DNA of 64,000 bases from Mobula hypostoma. Taxonomy: Eukaryota. The notes beneath the pieces were generated by a model. That model saw only the letters and a program-made list of their open reading frames with translations, did not search any database and was not told the origin of the DNA. Made by a program: the position numbers and the translations under genes. The stretch spans positions 21,764,001 through 21,828,000 of the forward strand of contig NC_086097.1 in NCBI RefSeq assembly GCF_963921235.1, in the 5' to 3' direction. Within the stretch, counting starts at the first letter, position 1; each line of letters begins with the position of its first letter. This document shows, in pieces, positions 1 through 12,267 of this stretch.

Positions 1-786
1 GACCAGTTTAGATCCTCAAAGATCTTGACACCCAGGAACTTGAAGCTGCTCACCATCTCCACTTCTGATCCCTCTATGAGGATTGGTATGTGTTCCTTCG
101 TCTTACCCTTCCTGAAGTCCACAATCAGCTTTTTCATCTTACTGATGTTGAGTGCCAGGTTGTTGCTGTGGCACCATTCCACTAGTTGACATATCTCACT
201 CCTGTACGCCCTCTCATCACCCCCTGAGATTCTACCAACAGTGGTTGTATCATCAGCAAATTTGTAGATGGTATTTGAGCCTTGCCTAGCCACATATTCA
301 TATGTATACAGAGAGTAGAGCAGTGGGCTAAGCACACTCCCCTGAGGTGCGTCAGTGTTGATCGTCAGCGAAGAGGATATGTTATCACCAATCCACACAG
401 ATTGTGGTCTTCCGGTTAGGAAGTCGAGGATCCAATTACAGAGGGAGGTACAGAGGCCCAGGTTCTGCAACTTCTCAATCAGGATTGTGGGAATGATGGT
501 ATTAAATGCTGAGCTACAGTATAGTGGATGGACAGCATCCTGATGTAGGTGTTTGTGTTGTCCAGGTGGTCTAAAGCTGTGTGAAGAGCCATGGAGATTG
601 CGTCTGCTGTTGACCTATTGTGACAATAGACAAATTGCAATGTGTCCAGGTCCTTGCTGAGGCAGGAGTTCGGTCTAGTCATAACCAACCTCTCAAAGCA
701 TTTCATCACTGTCGATGTGAGTACTACCAGGCGATAGTTGTTAAGGCAGCCCACATTATTGTTCTTTGGCACTGGTATAATTGTTA
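1..786 (-). mobile_element. Rex1/Babar-clade LINE reverse transcriptase fragment (degenerate, runs off window edge)
   Basis: Minus-strand peptide TIIPVPKNNNVGCLNNYRLVVLTSTVMKCFERLV...[30 protein letters not shown] is typical of Rex1/Babar RT. Confidence 0.85.
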
Positions 787-960
787 AACTTATCTTATAT
801 GTTGAAATCAAGTTTGCATGCACTACTTGTGCTGGCAGCTCGTTCCGCACTTTAACAACCCCCTGTGTGAAGATGTTTTCCCTCATGTTCCCTTTAAACT
901 TTTCACCTTCCATGTCTTACCCATGACCTCAAGTTGTAGTTCCACCCAATCTCAGCGGAG
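787..960 (-). mobile_element. CR1 LINE fragment
   Basis: Peptide GEKFKGNMRENIFTQGVVKVRNELP matches the CR1 ORF2 C-terminal FFTQRVVxxWNxLP motif. Confidence 0.7.
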
Positions 961-2194
961 ATTGAAAAATATTTGAAAGATGGAGAAACTGAGCATTCTG
1001 GGCAGATGTGGGGTTGAGGTTTGGGGTAGGTCAGCCGTGAGCATGGCTGAAGGGCCTGGTGGCTACAACTCCACCTCTGACATCTTTGTGTCCTGGCCAG
1101 CAAAACCCAACTCCTATAAATGAATTTAAGTGCTGTACAGTGTGTATCCAGTACTCTAAGTACATAGGTCTTCCTTCTGTGTGTGGGATGTCTTGCTGTT
1201 CTTATACGTATACGTATACTTATACTTTATACTTTATTGTCGTCAAACAATTGGTACTAGAACGTGCAATCATCACAGCGATATTTGATTCTGCACTTCC
1301 CACTCCCTGAATTACAAATATTAAATATTAGAAATATTAGAAATAGTTAAAATTAGTAAATATTAAAAATTTAAATTATAAATCATAAATAGAAAATAGA
1401 AAAATGGGAAGTAAGGTAGTGCAAAAAAACCGAGAGACAGGTCCGGATATTTGATTGCAGGGGATCGCTCATGTCTGCGTGATCCCTGGCTATTTTGCTC
1501 CCAAAACCCTGCTGGTTTCTCCCTTTCAAAGTTCAAAAGTTCAAAGTAAATTTATTATCAAAGTATAGTGCCTTGTAAAAGTACTCAGCTCCCAACCCTT
1601 TGTTCACATTAGTGAGTATTACAACCAAGGATTTCGATTAATTTAACAGAAATTTTTAAATTTGTGAATCACATGCCCCTTTTTTCACAGTAGAGCTCCC
1701 AAACAGGGAAAATTGTAAAGCATGAAAAACTAAAAATTCGAAAACTGTAATGTCAGCAATTCAAAAGTATTCATCCTACCTTGCTTCATACTTAGTTGGA
1801 CTACCTCTTGCAGCTATTACAGCCAGAAGTCTTTTTGAATAAATCTCTATCAACTTTGCACAACGTGATGGAGCAAGATTTGCTCATTCCTCCTTGCAAA
1901 ATTGCTGAAGCTGTGCAGGGTTAATTGGGGAGCTGTGGTGGACAGCAATCTCGAAGTCTCCCCAGAGACATTTGATTGGGTTGAGGTCAGGACTCTGACT
2001 GGGCCACTCAAGGACATCAATTTTCTTCATTTGAAGCCACTGCATAGTTGCTCTGGCAGTGTGCTTTGGGTCGTTGTCCTGCTTAACGATGAACTTCCTC
2101 CCCAGTTTAAGCTTTCTGACAGAGTCTAGCAGGTTTTTATCCAGGATCTCTCTGTATTTAGCACCAATCATCTTCCCATCAATCCAACCTGATA

Positions 2195-2320
2195 GAATGA
2201 ACAACAGAAAAATCAAGGGCTACGGGTAAGCCTAGGTAGTTCTAAGGTAAGGACATGTTCGGCACAGCTTTGTGGGCCGAAGGGCCTGTATTGTGCTGTA
2301 GGTTTTCTATGTTTCTGTTT
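2195..2320 (+). mobile_element. CR1 3' terminal fragment nested in the Tc1 element
   Basis: gggccgaagggcctgtattgtgctgtaggttttctatgtttct tail, near-identical to the 3' ends of the CR1 copies at about 41100 and 50230. Confidence 0.75.
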
Positions 2321-2329
2321 TTAAGAAAG

Positions 2330-2773
2330 TCAATCCATGGCCTCATCTGCTGCTGCACTTTAACACTTTATATTCCATTTGGGTAGCCTCCAACCTGATG
2401 GCATGAACATCGATTTCTTAAACTTCCAGTGATGCCTGTCCCCCTACCCTTCACCATTTCCCATTCCCATTTCCCCCTCTATCTCCTTGCCTGCCCATCG
2501 CCTCCTTCTGGTGCTCTCCCCCCCATCTTCTCTTTCTTCCATGGTCTTCTAAACTGTCCTATCAGATTATCAGATCCCACCCCCCTTCTTCAGCTCTTTA
2601 TACCTTTCACCAATCAACTTCCCAGCTCTTTACTTCACCCCTCCTCCATTCATACTCTGACCTCTCCTCTGTCTTTCCCGTCCTGATGGAGGGTTCGGCC
2701 TGAAATATTAACTGTTTGCTCTTTCCCATGGATGCTGCCTGAGATGCTGAGTTTCTCCAGAATATTGTGTGTG
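2330..2773 (+). mobile_element. Penelope-like element 3' fragment (GIY-YIG C-terminus, pyrimidine-rich UTR, degenerate hammerhead-bearing terminus)
   Basis: Encodes IFHLGSLQPDGMNIDFLNFQ*, the PLE endonuclease C-terminal LxxLxPxGxN motif. Followed by cctgatggagggttcggcctgaaa and the gatgctgcctga...ccag..ttgtgtgtgtt terminus seen throughout the window. Confidence 0.75.
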
Positions 2774-3981
2774 TTCCCATCAATCTTAACCAGATTTCCA
2801 GTCCCTGCTACTGAAACACATCCCCACAGTATGATGCTGTCTCTACCATATTGTACAGAAGGGATGGTATGACGTGGCTGATGCACAGTATTAGTTTTAT
2901 GATACATAGACATAAGACACAGTGTTGAAGCCAAAATGTTCCACTTACCTTCTTCCACATCTTTACAGTATCTTCTTAGTTACGCTTTGCAAAGTCTTTA
3001 CAGGCAAGGATATGCTTTGTTTTTTAGCCACGTCTTCTTCCTTGCCACTCTTTCATAAATATCATTTTTTATGCAAGGCCTTAGACATTGTGGAGCCATG
3101 AACTTCATCTCCAGTTGCAGCTACTGACTTTTACACCTCACTCAGAGAGACTGTTGGCATCACAGTAGCCTCTCTTACAAGAGCTTTTCTTCTCTGGCAA
3201 CCATGTTTAGAGGGGCAGCTTGACCTAGGCAGTGTGACTGTGGTTTCTTATTTTTTCCACTTTTTCATGATGGACTGCACTAAGCTCCAAGCTATGTATG
3301 TTCAGTGCCTTTAAGATGGTCTTGTACTGCGCCCTTTCCCCTGATCTGTTCTTCTCTATTATCATTTCCCTGACTTGCCTTGAATGCTCTTTTGTCCTCA
3401 TTTTGAATTGGTCTGTTGAAAATCTATCATACTGTTGGACCTTACAGAGAGAGGGAGTATTTATTCAGGTGATCCTCCAATTTTCTGCATCAACCAATTG
3501 GGTGAGTTGGTAAGGTGATATATAGTATTTCACCTGAGGAAAGTTGGCATAGTAATTACAGAGGGGATGAATACTTCTTCAGCTCTCGATTTTGGTTTTT
3601 AATTTTTAGTAAATTATTGACAAATTTTGGAACTTTTCTTTTTGATTTGACAGGATGCACAATCTTTTACAGATTAGCTCAAAATAATACCGCAATATTT
3701 TTTAAATTTAGAAAATGAGACAGTAAAATGTGGAAAATGGTTGTGGGTGCTGAATTCATTTTCAAGGCACTGGAGGTACTATATGTTACCACATGCTAGC
3801 ATTTACAGGAAAAGATAAAGAAATGCAGTAGAATCTATGAAAAAACATACATGAATTAAGACTGACAAACAACCAATGTGCAAAATAAGTCAAACTGTAC
3901 AAATACAATACAAATATTACTGAAAAAATGGTTTGTAGAGTCCTTGATAGTGAGTCTGAGACCTGGGTGTCATTATACACC

Positions 3982-4678
3982 AGTCATTGAAAGTGGGCAT
4001 GCAGGTACAGCAAGCGGTGAAAAAGGCGAATGGTATGCTGGCATTTATAGCGAGAGGATTCGAGTACAGGAGCAGGGAGGTACTACTGCAGTTGTACAAG
4101 GCCTTGGTGAGACCACACCTGGAGTATTGTGTGCAGTTTTGGTCCCCTAATCTGAGGAAAGACATCTTTGCCATAGAGGGAGTACAAAGAAGGTTCACCA
4201 GATTGATTCCTGGGATGGCAGGACTTTCATATGAAGAAAGACTGGATGAACTGGGCTTGTACTCGTTGGAATTTAGAAGATTGAGGGGGGATCTGATTGA
4301 AACGTATAAGATCCTAAAGGGATTGGACAGGCTAGATGCAGGAAGATTGTTCCCGATGTTGGGGAAATCCAGAACGAGGGGTCACAGTTTGAGGATAGAG
4401 GGGAAGCCTTTTAGGACCGAGATTAGGAAAAACTTCTTCACACAGAGAGTGGTGAATCTGTGGAATTCTTTGCCACAGGAAACAGTTGAGGCCAGTTCAT
4501 TGGCTATATTTAAGAGGGAGTTAGATATGGCCCTTGTGGTTACGGGGGTCAGGGGGTATGGAGGGAAGGCTGGGGCGGGGTTCTGAGTTGGATGATCAGC
4601 CATGATCATAATAAATGGCGGTGCAGGCTCGAAGGGCCGAATGGCCTACTCCTGCACCTATTTTCTATGTTTCTATGT
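3982..4678 (+). mobile_element. CR1 LINE, 5'-truncated, young (open 199-aa ORF2 C-terminus plus 3' UTR and tail)
   Basis: ORF 3987-4586 has LYKALVRPHLEYCVQFWSP, LGLYSLEFRRLRGDLIETYKI and RTRGH...FFTQRVVNLWNSLP. Ends in a ttctatgtttctatgt tail. Confidence 0.92.
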
Positions 4679-5104
4679 TAAAACCATTTCAGGAGCCTGA
4701 TGGTTGTAGGGTAATAACATGATAGTGTGGGACCTCCTGCCCAATGGTGGTAGTGAGAAGAGAGCATGGCCTGGATGGTGGGGGTCTTTGATGATGGATG
4801 ATGGTTTCTTCTGGCAGAGCTCCATGTAAATGTGCTCAATGGTGGGGAGAGCTTTGCTTGTGATGGACTGCCATATAACGTGCCCATTGAAGTGATCAAG
4901 GTTCAAGATTGTTTATTGTAATACGTCAATACACAAGTGCAAAGGAGAATAAAATGATTGTTACTCTGGATTCAACGCAACATAAAAAAACTCAATAATC
5001 ATAAAAGACACAATGAATATAAAGATAAAAGCAATCCAGTAAAACATAATACACAGAAACTGCTGAGTGTGGATGTACAAAAATAATATTCCCTTATATA
5101 CTGT

Positions 5105-5958
5105 CGCGGTGAGGCGACGCTGGAGTGCCCTCTCCAGGGCGCAGACCTGGGCAAGGTTATATGGAAGACCAGCAGTTGCCCATGCTGCAAGTCTCCCCTC
5201 TCCACAACACTGATGTTGTCCAAGGGAAGGGCAAGGGCCAATACAGCTTGGCACCAGTGTCGTCGCAGGAGTTGTCAGAACGAGGTTGAAAGTAATGTCG
5301 GACTGTCTTAGAGACTCCAGCTCAGGATTTGTCCTCAGGGTTTACTCCAGAAGCCTTTCCTATCAGTGGGTATGGCCGCAAGGCAGCGGAGGTTTGAAAT
5401 CAGGGTTTCCCTCTGAGATGGACTGCCTTCCCAGGCTGATGAGCTCCATCTACCCAAAGCACTGGTTTTAAGGCGCCAGGACCTGCCTTCGCCCCGTCTC
5501 CTGTCAGTAGAAACAGTTCTGCTGAGCTTAGAGGCTAAGCCACACAAGGAGGCCAGGAGCTGGACTTGGTTGTCAGAGGCTATTTGAGGCGCATGCCGTG
5601 AGGAGCACTTTTAAATATTGGGAGCTTGTCCCCACTACCACCCCTCAGCTTGACAACCTTGGAGCCAAGATGGGAAGACATCGCAAGCGATTGCTCTCAC
5701 TGGAGGCTGGAACTACGCAGAGGTCTAAAAAGAGGAGAAGAGAAGCTGAGGCTTGCTGCTGAAGAAAAGTGCACTCGTCGGAAAAACAGCACCAAGACAA
5801 CACTGGAGGACAGTGCCTTCAAGTGCAGTCGCTACAGTCGAGACTGTCACTCCCGTGTGGGCCTCTACAGCCACAACAGACGCTGCTGTAACACAGACTG
5901 AAGCAAGACTTTCCAGGCGCAGGTCCATGGTCTCACAAGACTAACGGATGTTACCACC
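5105..5958 (+). mobile_element. Bipartite non-autonomous RTE (BovB/AviRTE-like) element: 5' UTR-like segment joined to ORF C-terminus and 3' end
   Basis: 10-bp TSD tatatactgt (5095-5104 and 5959-5968). The 3' part encodes WEDIASDCSHWR...EEKCTRRK...FKCSRYSRDCHSRVGLYSHNRRC, the RTE C-terminal zinc knuckle. Confidence 0.8.
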
Positions 5959-7050
5959 TATATACTGTACATGGACTGAAGCGAGGTGCAGAAGGCATAA
6001 CAGTATAAGAACCAGCACTGTCAGGCTAGGTAGTAGCATCTTCCCCCAGGTTGTTAGACCTCTTAACATCCTGCTGCCACCCAGCACACACATACTGAAT
6101 GCCCTGTTGCTCTCCCTCCACCACCCACTCCCCAACTCCCCAACTCCCCAACTCACAGACGCACTCTCATCCTGCACTTGTCACTTTTCATCTTTTATTG
6201 TTGCTGTTAAGCATATTTATACTACTGCCAAAACATCGACTGTACTTTTTTCCACAGGTGCTGCCTGGCCTGCCGAGTTCCTCCAGCATTTTGTGTGTGT
6301 TGCTCAGATTTCCAGCACCTGCAGATTCTCTCTTGTTTATACTACTGCTCGTTTTATTCTATATAATGATGGTTCATTGAGCTGTACGCATGTGCATGGT
6401 TGAATGACAATGAACTTGAACTTGAGATGATCAAGTGACAAAGTGACTCTTGGCAAGAGGAACTCTTCTCGGTGCAATGGGGCAGATGAAAACGCAGTAG
6501 GCCAGTGACTGTGTCAGCGTGTATCAGGTGTGGAGTGTATGTGTAGAGTGGCGGTGGATGGGGGTGCTGAATGGTTGTGGAGAGCAGTGGCTGTTGTAGT
6601 GGTGGTGGGTGAGTTAATGATTGGAGGTGTTGATCAGCCCGACGGCTTGGGGGCAGCAACTGATATTTATTGCTGCTCTGCATCAACACGCTCAAGATGC
6701 TGAGAATTGATTTCCATTGTGGCACTTAACAGCCACTTGTGTTATCATCTCCTCCAGGTGCTCCAGAACATTTAGTAGCTTCTGAAGTGAAGTAGCTTTT
6801 AATTAACACTTCACACAAAAACAACACCCAGACTTGTGCACAACAAGATCTCACATGGATAGTAGCTAAGTAACAGCATTACAGAAAGTAGAGGAACTTT
6901 TGGCCCTTCTTACCTGCTCCGCCAATCAATGAGATTCATTCAAAGGGGTGTGGGCTTTGCCTGTCGAGCCAGCATTTAACTGTCCATAGCAACACACACA
7001 AAATGCTGGTGGAGTTCAGCAGGACAGGTAGCATCAATGGAAAAGAGTAA

Positions 7051-7782
7051 AGGCTGATTTATACTTGTGTGTCAAATGTACGCTGTACCCACGCCAACCC
7101 TACGCTGTAGCCTAACGTGCACCTCTCTCAAAGTGTAACTACGCGTCGCGGCGACGCAGACCGAACAACTGTGATTGGTCCGCTTGGTAGCATCGCATTT
7201 CCTCCTACGCTGCAATAGCTTCTCATTGGGCGACTGAAAGGCAGGGATGGAACTCTGGCTGCAATGCTTTCCATAAAGCTTTACAGACCTCCGAAATTAT
7301 GGAGGACCCTGTGCTTGACGCCAGTTTGTAGCTAGCTGCTACAGCCTGTTGACTTCCACCTGAAGCTAAAACTCGAATGGTGATTGCCATTCTCTGAGTA
7401 TACTGTGCGTACACTGAGCGTACACTGATGCAAAATAAATGGTTGGAGACGATGAACCAAGTCGTCTAATCTACCTGCTGACATCCGAAAATATTTGAAA
7501 TGCACTTCCTCATCCATGTCTCTCAGTGGCCGGACAAGCACAGAAAATTCACCCTCCTCCAGTTTCAGTTGAGATTGTTTAAAGTTTGAGTTTCTTTGTG
7601 TTGAGTTTCAACACGAAGAAACTCAACACAGTGGCATAGAAACCCCACCGCCAACTAACGTTTTGGCGGTGAATTGCAGAATGACGCAGACACACCAACG
7701 CACAAGTATAAATGCTCACAACAGCGTAGCCCACTTGCGTAGGCTACGGCGTAAGCTAGTACACACGAGTATAAATCAGCCT
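7051..7782 (-). mobile_element. PIF/Harbinger non-autonomous deletion derivative (732 bp)
   Basis: 22-bp TIRs aggctgatttatact(t/c)gtgtgt (21/22 match) and TAA TSD at 7048-7050 and 7783-7785. Minus-strand remnants [15 protein letters not shown] and [36 protein letters not shown] resemble the Harbinger transposase N-terminus. Confidence 0.9.
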
Positions 7783-7974
7783 TAAACAGTAGTTGTTTCA
7801 GGCCCAGACTTCAGGACTCAAACTGTCCATCTCCAGTTGTCCTTGATGAGCTCCCTCCTTGAACCACTGCAGTACATGAGATGTGGGTTGAGGTGTAGTG
7901 CCTCATGCTGATAGGGAGAGTGGAACTCATAGTACATTTATTATCAAAGTAAGTACCATAATATTCAATTCTAT

Positions 7975-8495
7975 TCAGGAATAATCCAGTCTGTTCTCTG
8001 TTCGTCCATCACTGTCTGGCTTGGATCAGCTACCAGACAAGACAAGAATATACTCCAAAGAACCGTCAGGGCTGCAGAAAGGATTATTGGTGTGAAGCTG
8101 CCCTTGATCCAGGACTTATATGCATCTAGAGTCAGGAAGCGAGCAAGCAGCATCATTGTAGACCCATCACACCCTGGACATCACCTGTTCCAACTCCTTC
8201 CTTCTGGTAGGCGCTTTAGATCACTGTATGCCAGGACAAATAGGTACAAGAACAGTTTCTTTCTGTATGCCATCAGTCTTATGAACACTTGAATTTTAGT
8301 CTATTATAAACCAAGTCCACCTGTACGTACACAGGTACACCTCATTGTATATAGTCCATGATTATTTGCACTATTGTTTTGTTTGCTTTTTGATTCTGTA
8401 CAGTGAGAGCTCAGGGAAACCGGCATCAAATTCCCTGTACAGTATGTGTCCACATACTTGGCGATAATAAAGGATTCTGACTCTGATTCAGATTC
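7975..8495 (+). mobile_element. Rex1/Babar LINE 3' end
   Basis: Peptide LPLIQDLYASRVRKRASSIIVDPSHPGHHLFQLLPSGRRFRS...NSFF, followed by aataaa and a gattct-repeat tail. Confidence 0.85.
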
Positions 8496-10172
8496 TTCTG
8501 AATGTTACCACATATCACCTTGAGATTCATTTTCTTGCTGTCACTTTCAGGAAAATAAAGAAATAAAACAGAATTTATGAAAAATTAATACATAATCAAA
8601 GACTGAATACAGTCAATTTGCAAAAGAAGATAAATTGCAAATCTTGGAGGCTCTGTACCCAACGAATCACTCTCTCTCTCTCTCTCGTTGGTGGAGAGTT
8701 TGTTGCTGATTCTCAGGTTGGAGAACTTGGGGAAAGAAAAATAATGCGACAGACTTTATTGTTGCAAATCAGTGAGTTGTTTTGTTAGTCTCCCCTCGCG
8801 CTGTGAAAAGCGACACCTCCTTTTCCCTTTATTGGGGGAGAGAGAGCCTGTGGCATGTCGAACTGACGGGTGAATGATTAGTTTGTGTTGGACTGTAGAT
8901 CATGATCTCTCTTGGAGGCTTTGCTATTGATTGCCTGGGTGGTGGAGGGTGCTGATGCTTTTTTGTAGAAGTGGGTTGGGGAGGGTTATTGCTTTGATGC
9001 TGCTTGTGCGTGGGAGGGGGAGTAGGGGGGCTTTGGGATTCTAACATTTTAACTGTCACTCATTCTTTGGGGCATTTTCTGTTTCCGTAGATGTTTGTGA
9101 AGAACAAGAGTTTCAGGATGTGTATTGCATACATTTCTCTGATAGTGCATGGAAGTTTTGAACTATTGAACTCAAAAACAAGTAATACCAAGAGCATGAG
9201 TTGCAGAGTCCATGAAAGTGAGTCTGTAGATTGTTGCAGTGAGTGAAATTATCCACATCAGTTCAGGAGCCTGATGGTTGTCGGGTAACAGCTAATGCTG
9301 AATCTGGTGGTGTGGGACCTAAGGCTTCTGCCAGTCCTGCCAATAGTAATAAGAAGAGAGTCTGGATGGTGGGGTTGGGAGGGTCCTTGATAATGGACGC
9401 TGCTTTGTTGTAGCAACACTCCATGTAAATGTGTTCAATGGTGGGGAGAGCTTTACTTGTGATGAACTAAACTGCATCTAGCACTTTCTGTAGGAGTTTT
9501 CCATTCCTTGGAAATTGGTGTTTTCATACCAGGCCATGTTCTAGCATTTTGATCCAACTACTGTGAAAAAATGATGTATTTCCAAATCAGGATGGTGTGT
9601 GGCTTGGAGGGCAACTTCCTTGTCATTGCTACCCTTGTCCTTCTAGTCGGTAAGGGCTGTGGATTGGAAAGTGCTAAGAGCTGTTGATGAGTTGCTGCAG
9701 TCATCCTGTAGATGGTGCAATTGCTGCTAATGTATCTCACAGGTGGAATGAGTGAATGGTTATGGAGGGGTGACCTGTCGAATGGACTAAACACACAAAA
9801 TGCTGGAGGAACTCAGCAAATCAGATAATTTGTGTGTTGCTCAAGATTTCCATCATCTCTTGTGCCTATCCAATGGGCTGCTATGTCCTGTATAGTGTTA
9901 AGTTTCTTGAGTGTTTCTGAAGATGCCACATTCAGGCAATTGGAGAACACTCCATCACTTGATTTGAGCCTTGTAGATAGTGACTAGGCTTTGAGGAGCT
10001 AGGTAGTAAGTTTTCCACCACAGGATTCCCAGTCTCAGACCGATGATTGTAGTCACTTGAGTAGTGCTCAATTGTGAACCCCAGGGTATTGCCCTGGGGA
10101 TGGATGATTGGGTTGTTAGAAGGCTTACGTTGCATTGGCCTTCATTAGTCAATGGATTGAATTGGAGTGGCA

Positions 10173-10752
10173 AGGTAAGTTTGCAGCTGTAGAAAACCCT
10201 GGTTACACCACGCTTGGAATATTGTCTTCAGTTCTGGTTGCCTCATAGGAAGGACGTGGAAGCTTTAGAGAGGGTGCAGAGGAGATTTGTCACGATGCTG
10301 CTTGGATTAGTGAGCATGTGTTATGAGGATAGGTAGAGTAAGCTGGAGATTTTCTCTTTGGAGTGAAGAAGGATGGAAGATGACTTTATAGAGGGGTTGG
10401 TATAAGATGATAAGAGCCTTAGATCAAGTGGATAGCCAAAGACTTTTTCTCAGGGTGGAAATGGCTAATATGAGGGGTCATAATTTTTAAGGTGATTGGA
10501 GGAAAGTATTGGTGGGATATCAGAGGTAGTTTTTTTTATGAAGAGAGTCGTGGATGCATGGAACACCCTGCTGAGGATGGTGGTAGAGGTAGATATACCA
10601 TGGGGCATTTAAAAAACTCTTAGATAGGCACATAGATAAGAGAAAAATGGAGGGCTATGTAGGAGGGAAGGGTTAGATTGATCTCAGAGTAGGTTAAAAA
10701 CATGTGGGCTGAAGGGTCCGTACTATGCTGTAATGTTCCATGTTCTGTTCTG
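10173..10752 (+). mobile_element. CR1 LINE 3' fragment, degenerate
   Basis: Nucleotide similarity to the other CR1 copies (cttggaatattgt..cagttctggt, agagggtgcagaggagattt) and a tgttct tail. Confidence 0.8.
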
Positions 10753-10887
10753 CAATGGTGATACCATTGAAAGTGAGGGAGTGAATTTCTCTTGAACGGC
10801 TAAACAGCTGCACAGGCTACCCGAAACGTCAACTGTTTATTCCCCTCCATAGATGCTGCTTGATCTGCTGAGTTCCTGCAGCACTTT

Positions 10888-10919
<32 letters not shown>

Positions 10920-11170
10920 TGCTAAAGATTTCCAGCATCTGTAGAATCTCTTGTGTATATGAATTTTCTCCTGTTGGATCTTGTCACTGCCTGATTCTTG
11001 TGCGGCGTGAATGTTACGAATATCACTTGCCACCTATCAGCCTTGTTGCATGTGGATGCACATGAGAACTGCTTTGTTATCTGAGGAGTTGTAAGTGGTG
11101 ATGGACGTTGTGCAATCATCAGCAAATATCCCCATTTCTGGTGTTACATCCACTCTCCCTCCTGATGGTG

Positions 11171-11456
11171 GGCGGTATGGTGGCGTGGCGGCTAGTGTAA
11201 TGCTTTACAGTGCTAGCAGTCAGAGGATTAGGGTTCAGTTCCAACCACTGGCTGTAAGGAGGTTGTATGTTCTCCCTGTGATCATGTGGATTTCTGTTGG
11301 GTACTCCACTTTCCTCCCATATTCCAAAGGCATGCAGGTTAGGATTAGGGAGCTGTAGGCATGCTATGTTGGCACCAGAAGCTTGGCGACACTTGCAGAT
11401 GCCCCTGGCACATCTCGGACTGTGTTGGTTGTAGACACAAATGGCACATTTCACTG
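11171..11456 (+). mobile_element. tRNA-derived V-SINE (HE1-like)
   Basis: Degenerate A/B-box head, then the V-domain-like tgtatgttctccctgtg...gggtactccactttcctcccatattccaaag. Related copies near 14855, 15100, 26570, 27530, 31875, 35505 and 37633. Confidence 0.7.
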
Positions 11457-11458
11457 TA

Positions 11459-12005
11459 CACTCTATGCCCACTTTACTAGGTACAATACATCCTGTATCT
11501 AATAAAGCGGCCACTGAGTGTATGTTCATGGTTTTCTGCTGCTGTAGCCCATCCACTTCAAGGTTTGATGTGTTGTGCATTCTGCATACTATTGTTGTAA
11601 TATGTGATTATTTGATTTACTGTCGTTTTCCTGTCAGCTTGACCAATTTGGCTATTCTCCTCTGACCTTCCTCATTAAGAAGGCATTTCACCCACAGAAC
11701 TCCTGCTCACTGGATTTTTTTGTTTTTTTTTGCACCATCCTCTGTAAACTCTGGAGATTCGTGCATCAAAATCCCAGGAGATCAGCAATTTCTAAGATAC
11801 TCAAACCGCCCCGTCTGGCACCAACAATCATTCCATGGTCAAAGGCACTAGATCATATTTCTCCTCCATTTTGATGTTTGGTCTGAACCTCTTGACCATG
11901 TCTGCATACTTTATGTATCGAGTTGCTGCCACATAAATGGCTGATTGGACATTTGCACTAATCAGCAGGAGTACAGATGTACATAAATAACATGGCCACT
12001 GAATG
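11459..12005 (-). mobile_element. Non-autonomous Tc1-like element (CACTCAGTGGCCACTTTATTAGG TIR family)
   Basis: TIR-like ends flanked by TA; the interior is the reverse complement of the copy at 45841-46410. Confidence 0.75.
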
Positions 12006-12267
12006 TATGTTTTGATGTTTCAATATACATGAGACAAATAAAGTTAATCCCTCATCTATTGAGCAGTCCCAGTGATTTCAGCTTTATGTACTTGATGAAA
12101 GAGAACTAATGGCCTTGCTGGCAGGGGAATTCCAAAGGTTTCCAACCCTGTGAGTAAAGTCTCTTCATTTCAATAATGGTTCTCCATGTATCCCCAGCAA
12201 ACACCCACTAGCAAATTTCTACTGCCGTGCAATAGAGAGTACTCTGCCTTGTTGCATGACTGTCTGG

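Larger units (their letters stand above)
1566..3772 (-). mobile_element. Tc1-family DNA transposon, degenerate, with nested insertion at 2185-2773
   Basis: Imperfect TIRs: tagtgccttgtaaaagtactcagctcccaacc at 1566, and reverse complement cagtgccttgaaaatgaattcagcacccacaacc ending at 3772. TA on the left. Transposase motifs [10 protein letters not shown]...[10 protein letters not shown] and QDNDPKHT...WPSQSPDLNPI(K), with the catalytic E mutated. Confidence 0.9.

Noticed and set aside
3987..4586. Host gene or autonomous active LINE
   Set aside because: Only the C-terminal 199 aa of CR1 ORF2 are present; it is 5'-truncated and lacks the RT core and endonuclease.
5436..5462. Hammerhead at ctgatgagctccatctacccaaagc in the RTE element
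   Set aside because: CTGATGA is present but there is no convincing stem II followed by GAAA and UH.
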